Shown here piece after piece: positions 17,420-27,151 of a stretch of DNA of 64,000 bases (the first letter of the stretch is position 1; every line of letters begins with the position of its first letter). The notes beneath the pieces are model-generated. The model saw nothing but the letters and a program-made list of their open reading frames with translations, was not told the origin of the DNA and did no database searches. Source of the stretch: a virus; the IMG/VR virus record IMGVR_UViG_3300045912_000261, positions 1 to 64,000 of that record; one strand, written 5' to 3'. The position numbers were made by a program, and so were the translations under genes.

Positions 17420-18982
17420 ATGGGAAAGTTTAGCCGCACTGTAGGAGGAGCTACCCGGGAAACTATCCCTGAGGGGATGGCTGCCAACCGCGAAGGGGCA
17501 GCTGCCTACGAGCACGTCCCGGAGTACCGCCTGCTCTCGCTGATGTTGACCTCTTTCGTGGAGGACCAGTTCTACCGTAGTGCCCAGGATACTCTCCTCG
17601 ACCTTAAGGGCCTCATCCGGGAGGTAGGTCCTCTCTTCGCGGCGAAGGCAACCTCCTACGTCCGCAACGAGCACGGGATGCGATCCATTACGCACGCTGC
17701 CACTTGCGAGATCGTCAGGCTCGTCTCCGAAGAGACCCATCAGAAGCCTGGTGAGGGCCGAGGGCCTGAGTGGACGAAGGCATTTGTGGCAGATACCATC
17801 CGGCGCGTCGATGACGCTCAGGAGATGGTAGCCTACTGGCTCCACACCTACGGCAAGCCTCTACCGCACGCTCTCCTGAAGGGGATCCGACTCTCGCTGC
17901 AGGATCGCGGGCGCTATCAGCTGGCGAAGTACCGCGGCGAGGGCAAGGAGGTCAACCTCACCGACCTCATGAGGCTGACGCACCCCTCCCCCACCAACGG
18001 GGAGTCGCGCCAGGCGTGGGAGGACCTCACCTACGGACGCCTCTCGGCTGCTGGGGAAACCTGGGAGGCCATGCTTACGCAGGCTGGCCAGGATGCCGAT
18101 GGCGAGGAGGACAAGGCTGCCCGCAAGGCGGAGGTGTGGCGGACCCTCATCGTGGACGAGAGGCTGCCCTACTTCGCGCTACTTCGGAACCTCCGGAACA
18201 TTGCGCAGCAGGCCAGGGATGCGCTACCCATGGCGCTGGAGCAGCTACGCAACCCCGACTCCATCCGCAAGTCGCTGGTGCTGCCCTTCCGCTTCATCAC
18301 GGCGGCGGACACTCTAGCCGGAGCCGACCTTGACGCCTCGGCCTTGCGGGAAATCAGGCTAGCCCTGGACGCCGCCATCGAGGTCTCTCTGGAGAACGTA
18401 CCTTACCTCTCCGGGAGGACCTGTGTCGCGCTGGACGACTCCGGCTCCATGGTCTCGCGACTCCGGAAGGGTGCGGCGACTCCCGCTGAGATCGGTGCCG
18501 GCTTCGCTGCCGTTCTCGTGAAGGTGAACAACGCCGACCTGATGCTGTTCTCCGACACCGCGCGTTACGTTACGGTCAACAACCAGGACAGCACGCTATC
18601 GATCATCGAGCAGATCAGGCATAGGTACCGAGGGGCGGGGACGAACCATCACGCGCCGTTCGAGCTTGCGGAGAAGCAGAGGACGGCCTACGACCGCTTC
18701 GTAGTGCTCTCCGATGAGCAGGGTTGGATGCCTCACGGGTACCTGCGCTACTACGGTATGGGTAACCCGAAGGAGGTCCTGGAAGCTTACAAGCGGAGCG
18801 CGGGGGTAGACCCGTTCGTGTACTCCTTCGACCTGCAGGGGTACGGAACCACCATGTTCCAGGGGGAAAAGATCTTCCTCCTTTCGGGTTGGAGCTCCGA
18901 GACGCTGAAGATCATGTCCACCCTAGAGGGCGACAGGAACGCGCTCATCAAGCAGGTTGACGAATATCGTAGCTGGCGGTAG
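17420..18982 (+). CDS. Ro60/TROVE-domain RNA-binding protein (Rsr-like)
   Basis: NREGAAAY, EDQFY, YQLAKY, TWE, LPYFALLRNLRNI, VLPFRF; vWA MIDAS DDSGSM, GAGTN, VLSDEQ. Confidence 0.92.
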   Translation: MGKFSRTVGGATRETIPEGMAANREGAAAYEHVPEYRLLSLMLTSFVEDQFYRSAQDTLLDLKGLIREVGPLFAAKATSYVRNEHGMRSITHAATCEIVRLVSEETHQKPGEGRGPEWTKAFVADTIRRVDDAQEMVAYWLHTYGKPLPHALLKGIRLSLQDRGRYQLAKYRGEGKEVNLTDLMRLTHPSPTNGESRQAWEDLTYGRLSAAGETWEAMLTQAGQDADGEEDKAARKAEVWRTLIVDERLPYFALLRNLRNIAQQARDALPMALEQLRNPDSIRKSLVLPFRFITAADTLAGADLDASALREIRLALDAAIEVSLENVPYLSGRTCVALDDSGSMVSRLRKGAATPAEIGAGFAAVLVKVNNADLMLFSDTARYVTVNNQDSTLSIIEQIRHRYRGAGTNHHAPFELAEKQRTAYDRFVVLSDEQGWMPHGYLRYYGMGNPKEVLEAYKRSAGVDPFVYSFDLQGYGTTMFQGEKIFLLSGWSSETLKIMSTLEGDRNALIKQVDEYRSWR

Positions 18983-18990
18983 TAGGAAAT

Positions 18991-19020
18991 AACACCCGGG
19001 GAACGGACTCCTCGGGTGTT
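18991..19020 (+). terminator. hairpin after Ro60 gene, possible terminator
   Basis: AACACCCGGGGA/TCCTCGGGTGTT stem, short T-rich tail. Confidence 0.55.
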
Positions 19021-19023
19021 TCC

Positions 19024-21411
19024 TTGTGGGGTGGGGTGCCCGAGCAAGTACAAAAACTCAGGCCGTACCAGGAAGAGGGTGTCCAGTTCCTGCTGGACCA
19101 CCCCCGCAGCCTTCTGTGTGATGAGATGGGTACTGGAAAGTCCCCCACGGCCGCAACAGCCTTAGCACGCTCTGGCGCCCAAGAGGCGCTAATTGTATGC
19201 CCTAAGGTGGTCCTAGAGAAGTGGGTTCGAGAGATCTATACGTGGGCACCTGCCTTCTTGCCCGTCGTCTTCTCAGGGACGCCTACTGAACGCGCTCGAG
19301 CGTGGGAAGCCTACAAGGACGCACCTCGTCCTAAGGTACTCATCACGAACTATGCCCAACTAGCAAACGTTCACAAACTGCAGTACTACTGGCCTACGAT
19401 GATCTTAGACGAGTGTGTCCCTCTCGATACTGAGATCCTGACTGCTGGGGGCTGGAAAACGTACGACCAGCTTACGGTGGGTGAAAGGGTAGTAGGATAC
19501 GAGGGCGGCAGACTTATCTGGACCGAGCTGCTGGGGATCAATCTCCCTGGGAAGAGACCAGTTGGAACACTCCGCGCCAGAGGCTTCCAAGCGGTTACGA
19601 CGGCCAACCATGAGTGGGTGGTGCGAGACAAGTACACAGGGAAAGAAAGAAAGATAGGGAGTGCCGAACACAAGCCCAGAGGAGACCATATAGGAATTGT
19701 CCTCGCCGCCCCCTTTACTGGTGGGGGGCTCGACATCACCCCCAGCGAGGCTGCCCTCATCGGGTGGATCTTGAGCGAAGGGGGCATTTACCCGATGAAG
19801 AGCTATAAAGGCAGACCAACAAGCTACTCCGCGTTTATTTACCAGACGAAGCCTGACACTCTCTTGGTTCTGGATAGGGTGCTCCAGACAGTAGAGCACA
19901 CCAAGAAGTGCCTTAACCCAGAGGGCCAGCCAGGAGGATTCGGCTCGAAGAATTTAAGGTACCGCTACAGAGTATCCATTGCCCACGTCCGGGACGTCTT
20001 CGGGCGGGCGGGCCTTTCCGTCGAGAGACCCAAAGCAAACTTGGTTCCCTTTGTCCTTGGGTTATCCCCAGAAGCGCGTAGAGCATTCTGCGAAGCGGTC
20101 GAGCTGGCCGAAGGTAATAATGCAGGGGAGAAGTGGCTCTACACAAAGAAGGACGGAACCAGCAAGAAGCAGCGGGATATTTGCCAGAAACCCGGACCTG
20201 TGCAAGATGCCTTTAGGCTAGCCTTTTTCCTTGAAGGGTACTATACCTCAATGAGGTCTAGGGAGACGACATTCGGCCTGACTCGTGCGACGAAGCAAGT
20301 GGACAGTCTGGTGTGGTCTCCTCAGGAGGAGCCTCAGGAAGTTTGGTGCCCCACCACTGGGACGGGTAACTGGGTGATGCGGCAGGGCGATCTAATCTGC
20401 ATAACAGGTAACTGCCAGGCTGTCAAGAATAGGAAGACCAAGACCTGGAGGACTGCTTCACAGTTCAAGCAGGGCTTTCTGTGGCTCCTGTCTGGCACGC
20501 CGATGTCTAAGGGACCGCAGGATCTCTGGGCCTACCTGAATCTTATCGATAGGCAAGGGTTCTACTCCTTCTGGAAGTACTGCTACAAGTACCTAGTGGT
20601 AACGGAAGGGTACTTCGGTAAGATAGTAGGCGGGCCCAAGAACCCGGAGCAGCTTAGGTCGGCCCTGAAGCCTTACTTGATTCGCCGGACCAAGAAGCAG
20701 GTGATGCAGTGGCTGCCAACAAAGGTGAGGGACGTCCTAGACGTAGAGCTGCTTCCCACGCAGAAGAGGTTGTACAAGGAACTCGCTGCTGAAGCCATAG
20801 CCGAGCTCGAGGAGGGGGAGGGCGAGTACCTGATCACCAAAGGGGCCTTGGGAAAGATTACTCGACTACGTCAACTCTGCATCTCGCCCACGTTGCTGGA
20901 TGAGAGACTACCTGGAGATAGCTCATCCTTTGCGGCTGCCCGGGAGTTCCTTAACAGCCTAGGACGTCCTTGCATAGTGTTCACCCCTTGGACATCTGTC
21001 TTCCCCCTGTTCATTGAACACGTTGCTAGGAAGACCGAGGGGGAAACTAGCCTGTACTATATCCAGGGAGGGATGTCCTCGGTAAAGTTGTACGACAGTA
21101 TCCAGGCTTTCGAGCAGGACCCTAATGACAATAAGGTCCTGCTCTGCACCATCTCCTTGGGGGCAGGCTTCGACGTCTTCTCGGCCACACATGCTCTTTT
21201 CATCGGCGCAGATTGGTCCCCAGTGAACAACCTGCAAGCTGAGGACCGCCTTCGTGGGGCCGCCAACGTATACTACATCAGACACAAAGGCACCATTGAA
21301 GAGCACGTCTATGACGTGGTTGCTGAGAAGAAACAGTGGTCTGATGTAGTCATCAACCCCCACGAGCTACTATACGGCAAGCGGCCCGAGCCAGCAGGAG
21401 CGAGGGTATGA
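19024..21411 (+). CDS. SNF2-family helicase containing an intein
   Basis: LRPYQ, DEMGTGKS, ITNY, ILDE|CQ after splicing, LLSGTP, LIRRTK, QAEDR. Confidence 0.9.
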   Translation: MWGGVPEQVQKLRPYQEEGVQFLLDHPRSLLCDEMGTGKSPTAATALARSGAQEALIVCPKVVLEKWVREIYTWAPAFLPVVFSGTPTERARAWEAYKDAPRPKVLITNYAQLANVHKLQYYWPTMILDECVPLDTEILTAGGWKTYDQLTVGERVVGYEGGRLIWTELLGINLPGKRPVGTLRARGFQAVTTANHEWVVRDKYTGKERKIGSAEHKPRGDHIGIVLAAPFTGGGLDITPSEAALIGWILSEGGIYPMKSYKGRPTSYSAFIYQTKPDTLLVLDRVLQTVEHTKKCLNPEGQPGGFGSKNLRYRYRVSIAHVRDVFGRAGLSVERPKANLVPFVLGLSPEARRAFCEAVELAEGNNAGEKWLYTKKDGTSKKQRDICQKPGPVQDAFRLAFFLEGYYTSMRSRETTFGLTRATKQVDSLVWSPQEEPQEVWCPTTGTGNWVMRQGDLICITGNCQAVKNRKTKTWRTASQFKQGFLWLLSGTPMSKGPQDLWAYLNLIDRQGFYSFWKYCYKYLVVTEGYFGKIVGGPKNPEQLRSALKPYLIRRTKKQVMQWLPTKVRDVLDVELLPTQKRLYKELAAEAIAELEEGEGEYLITKGALGKITRLRQLCISPTLLDERLPGDSSSFAAAREFLNSLGRPCIVFTPWTSVFPLFIEHVARKTEGETSLYYIQGGMSSVKLYDSIQAFEQDPNDNKVLLCTISLGAGFDVFSATHALFIGADWSPVNNLQAEDRLRGAANVYYIRHKGTIEEHVYDVVAEKKQWSDVVINPHELLYGKRPEPAGARV
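19414..20412 (+). mobile_element. intein (333 aa) with LAGLIDADG-like endonuclease region, inserted in Walker B
   Basis: starts CVPLDTEILT, block B TANHEW, ALIGWILSEG, ends VWCPTTGTGNWVMRQ...ITGN followed by Cys+1. Confidence 0.9.
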
Positions 21412-21896
21412 ACAAGCAGAAACTGACCCTGTACGACTGGGATTGGCAAAACCTCAGGGTGTCCCTACTAAAGTCTTCCCCGGGAGAGGGTGGCTTCACT
21501 GGTCTTGAGGGGACACGGGCCAACCTTGCTGCCCTCAAGAACTATCTCGGAACCAAGCCTAGTAAGGACAAGCTTTGGAGGGTACTGAACCTCCTCAACG
21601 CAGTTCGGATGGGGAACAGCGGGCAGGGCAAGAGGGGTTCAGAGCACGACAAGCTGGTGGCCGAGTTCCGCGATCGGGTATCAGAGCAGTACAAAACCGC
21701 GCAGGGAGACTTCCAACCGCCATCAGAGGAAAGCCTACGTGTAGCCCTGGCAGGCGCGTCTACTGAAGACCTTCAGAGAGTAGCCGCCAACCTAGGAATC
21801 CGCAAGAAGCTCCACAGCGCCTCGAAGCACAGGGAGGAGCTCGGGTACTTCCTAGGACTGCTGCAAGAGGAGTTGGACAAACGCCAGGGGCCATGA
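21408..21896 (+). CDS. hypothetical protein
   Basis: ATGA overlap. Confidence 0.6.
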   Translation: MNKQKLTLYDWDWQNLRVSLLKSSPGEGGFTGLEGTRANLAALKNYLGTKPSKDKLWRVLNLLNAVRMGNSGQGKRGSEHDKLVAEFRDRVSEQYKTAQGDFQPPSEESLRVALAGASTEDLQRVAANLGIRKKLHSASKHREELGYFLGLLQEELDKRQGP

Positions 21897-22165
21897 TCCT
21901 CGCCGGCGTTCAGCTAGGCTACCCCGAGCCAGCAAAGATAGGGCAGGTAGAGAAGGCAGCACGCTACCTTTCTGCGCATCCTAGAGTAGCCGACATTTCA
22001 GTCGTAGCTCTTGAGGACGGAGTCGTCTTGCAGGTTAGGGCGGCCATCGTCCCCAGTGGAGAAGGCGTGCAGAAGGATGCAATGTTCGGACTCGTAGCCA
22101 TAATGGCCTGCTTCCAGCGCTACGCTAGCCCTTTGTACAATCCCGCTGAGCAAAACCCCAACTAG
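21893..22165 (+). CDS. hypothetical protein
   Basis: ATGA overlap. Confidence 0.5.
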   Translation: MILAGVQLGYPEPAKIGQVEKAARYLSAHPRVADISVVALEDGVVLQVRAAIVPSGEGVQKDAMFGLVAIMACFQRYASPLYNPAEQNPN

Positions 22166-22190
22166 TCCAAAAATTCCTTTTGTGCACCTC

Positions 22191-22220
22191 TTGATTCCTC
22201 CGTGTTCTCTGTGATATAAT
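22191..22220 (+). promoter_or_regulatory. sigma70-type promoter
   Basis: TTGATT-18 nt-TATAAT with extended TG. Confidence 0.8.
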
Positions 22221-22361
22221 GTGGTTAGATTTGGTACAGACTGTGAAAGAGCCCTCACTACACGTTGCTAAGGTGATCGTCGACGGTTTGCCCTTTCTTG
22301 GTCTAATCTTTCTAATGCTCGTCCTTTCCATCCTCGTCACTATCTGGGCGGCGCGCGCGTA

Positions 22362-23537
22362 ATGCCTAGCGGTCAAGGTGTAGACGTTCCTCCGGGAGCA
22401 CAGCTGGATCCCAACTCACTGGGGATCCACACCTCCGACCGCATCCTTTTCAAGCGCTGCCGCCGTAAGTGGCACTGGGCTAGCCCTCTTCGGATGGGGC
22501 TGGTCCCTAAGGGCGATCAGCCAACCCCCCTCTGGTTCGGTTCCGGCTTCCACTTTGCGCTGGAAGACTTCCACGGATACCGAACCTTTGCGGACCCCAA
22601 AGAGGCCCTAGCAGCATACGCTAAAGCCCACAGGTCCTCAGAGCTCCCTCAGGACTCAGAGGAGACCTTGGAGCTCGGGTATGCAATGCTGGACCATTAC
22701 ATCAACTGGCTTAAGACCAGAGATACCTTCAGGACGCTCTGGCTGCCCGTTGAGGACCCTGAAACGGGCGAAACTAGAAGGGTGCCTCAGGTTGAGGTAA
22801 ACTTCGCCATCCCCCTAGGCGAGATTGGCGGACAGCACTACCACTACGGAGGTACCTTCGACAGGATTGTGGTAGACGAGGACGGACGCTACTGGATCCT
22901 CGACTACAAGACCGCTGCTCGGTTCGATACCTCCAAACTGGAGATGGACCCTCAGGTCAGCGCGTACTGTTGGGCAGCTGAGCGACTATATCCAGGACTT
23001 CATTTCGAGGGCATGGTTTACCAGCAGCACCTCAAAGCTGCCCCAGCACCCCCAAGGAAGCTGGTCAACGGCGACTTCTCCGTCGACAAGCGCCAGAATA
23101 CGACGTACCGGCTCTTCCGGAAGGCCCTAATCGAGGCAGGCTTCAAAAGGGCCACTGGAAAGTACCTAGAGTACCTGAACTTTCTCGCCACGCAGGAATC
23201 CGTCGACGGAGACAAGTTCATCCGGCGCGATCTGGTTCGGCGTAACGATGCCCAAAAGAGAGCTGCCCACGAGCAGATCGTAGCCGAGCTACGGGAGATG
23301 GCCCTCAGGGATCTTCCGTTGTACCCCAATCCCACAAAGGACTGTGTCTGGGATTGTCAATTTAGGGCTCCCTGCATCGCTCTCGACGATGGCTCTGACT
23401 GGGAGTACCTCATCGAGGAGAACTACGAAACCCGCGTCGAGCGAGGCAGCTGGCGTCAGAGGATGCAGGACCAGCAAGACTACCAGGTTGCCGTCGAGAG
23501 TGACGACGAGCACCTAATAGCCCCCTACAGACAGTAA
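22362..23537 (+). CDS. PD-(D/E)XK exonuclease (Cas4/RecB-like)
   Basis: FKRCRRKW, GSGFH, GTFDRI...ILDYKT, Q..AY, C-terminal C..C...C. Confidence 0.8.
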   Translation: MPSGQGVDVPPGAQLDPNSLGIHTSDRILFKRCRRKWHWASPLRMGLVPKGDQPTPLWFGSGFHFALEDFHGYRTFADPKEALAAYAKAHRSSELPQDSEETLELGYAMLDHYINWLKTRDTFRTLWLPVEDPETGETRRVPQVEVNFAIPLGEIGGQHYHYGGTFDRIVVDEDGRYWILDYKTAARFDTSKLEMDPQVSAYCWAAERLYPGLHFEGMVYQQHLKAAPAPPRKLVNGDFSVDKRQNTTYRLFRKALIEAGFKRATGKYLEYLNFLATQESVDGDKFIRRDLVRRNDAQKRAAHEQIVAELREMALRDLPLYPNPTKDCVWDCQFRAPCIALDDGSDWEYLIEENYETRVERGSWRQRMQDQQDYQVAVESDDEHLIAPYRQ

Positions 23538-23565
23538 CTTACCACATCTATCTCTGAGGAGAAGA

Positions 23566-24522
23566 GTGACTACTCAGCAGCGTCCACAAGCGCCCAGGCA
23601 ACCTACGCAGGCGCAGACAGTGCAGGCAGCTACTCCTACGGTAGGCTCCGGTGCCGCGACGACAGGTCAGCAGAGTGCCGCGACGGCAGGAGCACAGAAG
23701 CAGCCGGCTCCCCCTCCGTTCATGATCACACCAGTGAGCCGAACGGAACGGTGGCTCAACGTCCTAGTGTACGGGGAGTACGGAGTTGGAAAGACAAGGT
23801 TGGCTGGCTCCTCGGCCCTAGTGCCCGAGATGAACGATGTTCTGTTCCTCAACGTCGAGGCCGGTGACCTCTCGCTGGCTGAGTTCCCGAACATCCTGAA
23901 GGTGGATGTCAACAGGTACTCCACGCTGGCCCGAGCTTACGAGTTTCTCCGGATGCACTGCCAGCTACGTGACAGTAACGCTCCACCAGAGAAGCTGCTC
24001 GAGCACCAGTCGCGCTACTTTCCGCCAGAGGTCCTGCAGGGAAAGCCAAAGGTCTTCCGCACGGTAATCCTCGACACCCTCACTGAGGTGGCAAAGTACG
24101 TCATGTACCAGCTACTATCAGTGGACGTAGGTGCCAAGAGGCTGGACGTCGAGCCTGAGTCGCCTGAGTTCAAGGAGTGGAACCAGAGTACCGAGATGGT
24201 ACGCCTCCTGATTCGGAGCCTTCGTGACCTGCCAATGCATGTCATTCTGGTGTGCTCCCAGAAGGAGGAGGAAGTCCGTCCAGGGCTCATGAAGGCAGGA
24301 CTCAACCTCTCCAAGGCTCTCGCTAAGGAGATCCCAGGCTTCCTCGACGTCGTAGGGTACATGACCTCTGGGATCACGGAGCAGCAAACCATCGAGAGGC
24401 GTCTCTTCCTGGAAAGCGGTAGGAACTGGATGGCAAAGCACCGCTTTGGACAGCTGCAGCAGAGCTTCCTCATCAATCCCGAGATGAAGGACCTTCTGGC
24501 ACTACTCAAGAGGCATAGCTAA
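23566..24522 (+). CDS. AAA-family ATPase (Sak4-like recombination protein)
   Basis: VYGEYGVGKT Walker A, TVILDTLT, DVVGY, AKHR. Confidence 0.8.
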   Translation: MTTQQRPQAPRQPTQAQTVQAATPTVGSGAATTGQQSAATAGAQKQPAPPPFMITPVSRTERWLNVLVYGEYGVGKTRLAGSSALVPEMNDVLFLNVEAGDLSLAEFPNILKVDVNRYSTLARAYEFLRMHCQLRDSNAPPEKLLEHQSRYFPPEVLQGKPKVFRTVILDTLTEVAKYVMYQLLSVDVGAKRLDVEPESPEFKEWNQSTEMVRLLIRSLRDLPMHVILVCSQKEEEVRPGLMKAGLNLSKALAKEIPGFLDVVGYMTSGITEQQTIERRLFLESGRNWMAKHRFGQLQQSFLINPEMKDLLALLKRHS

Positions 24523-24839
24523 CGGTCATGAGCATTGAACGTGTTCTGGTAATCGCGATCCTGATCGTAGGGCTGCTGCTTCTTCTGGAGGTAGCAGGAG
24601 CCATCGACATCTTCGACGGGGTCTAACTTCCTTCCCCCCCCCCCCACCCATGCTACACCGACCAAGGATCGTAGATGCTTCCAATTTGGTGGCGGCGCAC
24701 TCGCGCCTCCGTCGCCTCGGTCTTCGAAAGAGTGAGGCTGAGGCTCGAAAGACTTCTGCGCTAACCAAGCGCCAGGAGAACGAACCACAAACCCCCAATC
24801 CCCCATACCCTAGAGACGCAACACAGGAGTAACGGAAAA

Positions 24840-25307
24840 GTGAGTACTGACGACATCGGCAGCGTTACCGAGTTCGACGAGGACACCATGGTCATTGACC
24901 TGGCTGCGGTCCCCGACCGCGCCGGGCCGGCCCTCCTCCCCGCAGGCACCTACAACGCCTCGGTTGAGAACGTGGAGTACAAGCGCTCGCAGCGGAGCAA
25001 CAACCCGATGCTTGAGTGGCGCTTCCGCGTCGAGCCGCAGGAGGGGCAGGAGCGCGGTAACGTGCTGTTCTGGCACACCGTCCTGAACCACCCCAACGGT
25101 CTGAGCAACCTCAAGCAGGCCGTGTCTTCCATCGCACCTGACATCGACCTCAGTGCGTTCCACCCGATCGACCACGCTTCGCAGCTGCTCGGTCGGGAGT
25201 GCCGCGTGCGCGTCCGGGTCCGTAAGACGGATGACGGGACCGAGCGCAACGAGGTTGTGAGCGTCTCGGCTCCGGCCGTGGGCGACGACGGTTTCCTGCC
25301 CCAGTAG
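24840..25307 (+). CDS. DUF669-like single-stranded DNA-binding protein
   Basis: LLPAGTYNASV, S...NPML, acidic tail DDGFLPQ; follows nuclease and AAA ATPase. Confidence 0.7.
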   Translation: MSTDDIGSVTEFDEDTMVIDLAAVPDRAGPALLPAGTYNASVENVEYKRSQRSNNPMLEWRFRVEPQEGQERGNVLFWHTVLNHPNGLSNLKQAVSSIAPDIDLSAFHPIDHASQLLGRECRVRVRVRKTDDGTERNEVVSVSAPAVGDDGFLPQ

Positions 25308-25394
25308 GGTGGGAACGGGAGTGGGGATGCCGAAACATAGGGGCGAACGATGCAGGGCCGGCATCCCCACCCCGGCAACTTCGGTGGAAAGGGG

Positions 25395-25637
25395 GTGAGC
25401 CTACCTGTGTTTGACCACAACTACGGCTTTCATCCTCAGCCGAACCAGCGCACGGTAGGAACTAAAGCACTCGCACGTAGGTTAGGGATTCATTACCTGA
25501 CCGTGATGAAGCACATCAAGAACGGCAACATCCGCTCCGTTCGATACGGCAAGCTCTACCGCATCCCTCTGGAAGAGGTAGAGCGTATCGAACGTGAAGG
25601 CTTTGTGCCAAAGGAGCCCTCAGATGTCGACGCCTGA
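25395..25637 (+). CDS. excisionase-like HTH DNA-binding protein
   Basis: LARRLGIHYLTVMKHIKNGNI...YRIP..EVER. Confidence 0.75.
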   Translation: MSLPVFDHNYGFHPQPNQRTVGTKALARRLGIHYLTVMKHIKNGNIRSVRYGKLYRIPLEEVERIEREGFVPKEPSDVDA

Positions 25638-26352
25638 AAAGGCAGTTGTTCTCTCCTCAGGTGGGCTAGACTCCACCACAGTACTGGCAATGGTCGTCAA
25701 CGACTTCGGTGCCGAGAACGTCCAGACAGTCAGCTTCGACTACGGACAGTCCCACAAGGTCGAGCTTAGGGCAGCCCAGGCGGTTGCGGACTTCTACCAG
25801 GTTAGTCAGAACGAGATCGTTATGCCCCGTATCTTCTCCGGGACAGGCGCCTCCAGCCTAATGGGTGAAATCGAACACCCCGATCTAACCTACAAGGAGA
25901 TTGCTGAAGGTGAAGGCGTCTCCCCTACGTACGTCCCGTTCCGTAATGCCAACTTGATCTCCGCCGCCACAGCCTTTGCAATGACCCAGAATGCCTCGTG
26001 GGTCTTTACGGGTGTGCACGCAGAGGATGCCCGTAACTGGGCTTATCCCGATTGCTCCATGGAATTTATTGGGGCGATGGCCAACGCCATCTACGTAGGG
26101 ACGTACCACAAGGTCCGCCTCGTTGCTCCTCTCCAGTACATGATGAAGTGGGAGATCGTCACTCGGGGAACCGCGCTGGGAGCCCCGTTCCACCTGACGC
26201 ACTCGTGCTACAAGGGGGCTCAGCCGGCCTGCGGCACGTGCCCCACCTGCGTTGAGCGTCTGGGCGCCTTTAGGTTGGCTGGCGAGCACGACCCAATCGA
26301 GTATGCCCCCGGGATCGACCGCGAGTCCGACCGCTACGAACTGAGTCGATAG
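25624..26352 (+). CDS. queC: 7-cyano-7-deazaguanine synthase
   Basis: SGGLDS, FDYGQ.H..E, TYVPFRN, YPDC, SCY...CGTCPTC. Confidence 0.95.
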   Translation: MSTPEKAVVLSSGGLDSTTVLAMVVNDFGAENVQTVSFDYGQSHKVELRAAQAVADFYQVSQNEIVMPRIFSGTGASSLMGEIEHPDLTYKEIAEGEGVSPTYVPFRNANLISAATAFAMTQNASWVFTGVHAEDARNWAYPDCSMEFIGAMANAIYVGTYHKVRLVAPLQYMMKWEIVTRGTALGAPFHLTHSCYKGAQPACGTCPTCVERLGAFRLAGEHDPIEYAPGIDRESDRYELSR

Positions 26353-26402
26353 AACTAGGTGCCCGAGTCGACAGTTCTATGAAGCTGGGTGCCCGAGTTG
26401 AC
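26348..26402 (+). repeat. GGTGCC(C)G dispersed repeat, 2 units
   Basis: GATAGAACTAGGTGCCCGAGTCGAC, AAGCTGGGTGCCCGAGTTGAC. Confidence 0.8.
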
Positions 26403-26433
26403 AGACCGTTTCTTGAAGAAAGTATGACGCCCC

Positions 26434-26463
26434 TTGATTTCCCATTGTGTCATGCTATAAAAT
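26434..26463 (+). promoter_or_regulatory. sigma70-type promoter
   Basis: TTGATT-18 nt-TAAAAT. Confidence 0.75.
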
Positions 26464-26505
26464 TGTAACATCAATTGAAAACTGTGTCCAGAAAGGACCA
26501 GCCTA

Positions 26506-27150
26506 GTGCGAACCAAAGCAGTGGTAGGGGCGGCGTCAGTAGCAGCTGCAGCCGTCCTTCTCACACCAGCAGTGGCCAGTGCGAACGTGACCGCCGACTG
26601 CGAGGCTGTCACGCTCTCCAACTTCCGGGCCGCCCCGATCACCCTCGACGACTTCACCGTCAAGCTCGACAACAGGGTGCTACGCACGGGACCCTTTACC
26701 TTCCAGGGACCGACGGCAACCTACCCGCTTCCCCAGTTCACGCAGGGGACCGTGGAAGCTTCCACCCGTTCAGGAAAGGACAGCTGGCACTTCCCGGCAA
26801 CGGGGCTGACGTGCGCGATCCAGCCACCTCCCCCACAGCCACCACCGCCGCCACCGCCAGACACCCCTCCGCCTCCCGTCGTGCAGGAGCCCCCTGCAGT
26901 ACAGGAGCCGCCGGCGAAGCCCAAGAAGCCCAAGAAGCCCGTCGTCAAGAGGCCCTCGAAGCCGAAGTACTCTCAGGTCTGCCTCGGACCCTGGCGCTCC
27001 AAGCCGAACGTGAGCGTCCGCGTCAAGTTGGGGGCAGACGGCAAGTGGTACGGCTTCCGCGACCGCTACCTGATCCGGGGAGGCAAGCGGACGCTCCTGG
27101 TGGCCTACGGCACCTTCTGCGGACCGACGGAGCCAGCAGTAACCGGGTAA
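26506..27150 (+). CDS. secreted proline-rich protein
   Basis: Sec signal peptide ending ASA; poly-Pro linker. Confidence 0.65.
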   Translation: MRTKAVVGAASVAAAAVLLTPAVASANVTADCEAVTLSNFRAAPITLDDFTVKLDNRVLRTGPFTFQGPTATYPLPQFTQGTVEASTRSGKDSWHFPATGLTCAIQPPPPQPPPPPPPDTPPPPVVQEPPAVQEPPAKPKKPKKPVVKRPSKPKYSQVCLGPWRSKPNVSVRVKLGADGKWYGFRDRYLIRGGKRTLLVAYGTFCGPTEPAVTG

Positions 27151-27151
27151 C

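Noticed and set aside
24634-24645. C12 homopolymer as a phase-variation tract
   Set aside because: It lies just after a small ORF stop and not in an evident gene or promoter spacer; its length may be a sequencing artefact.
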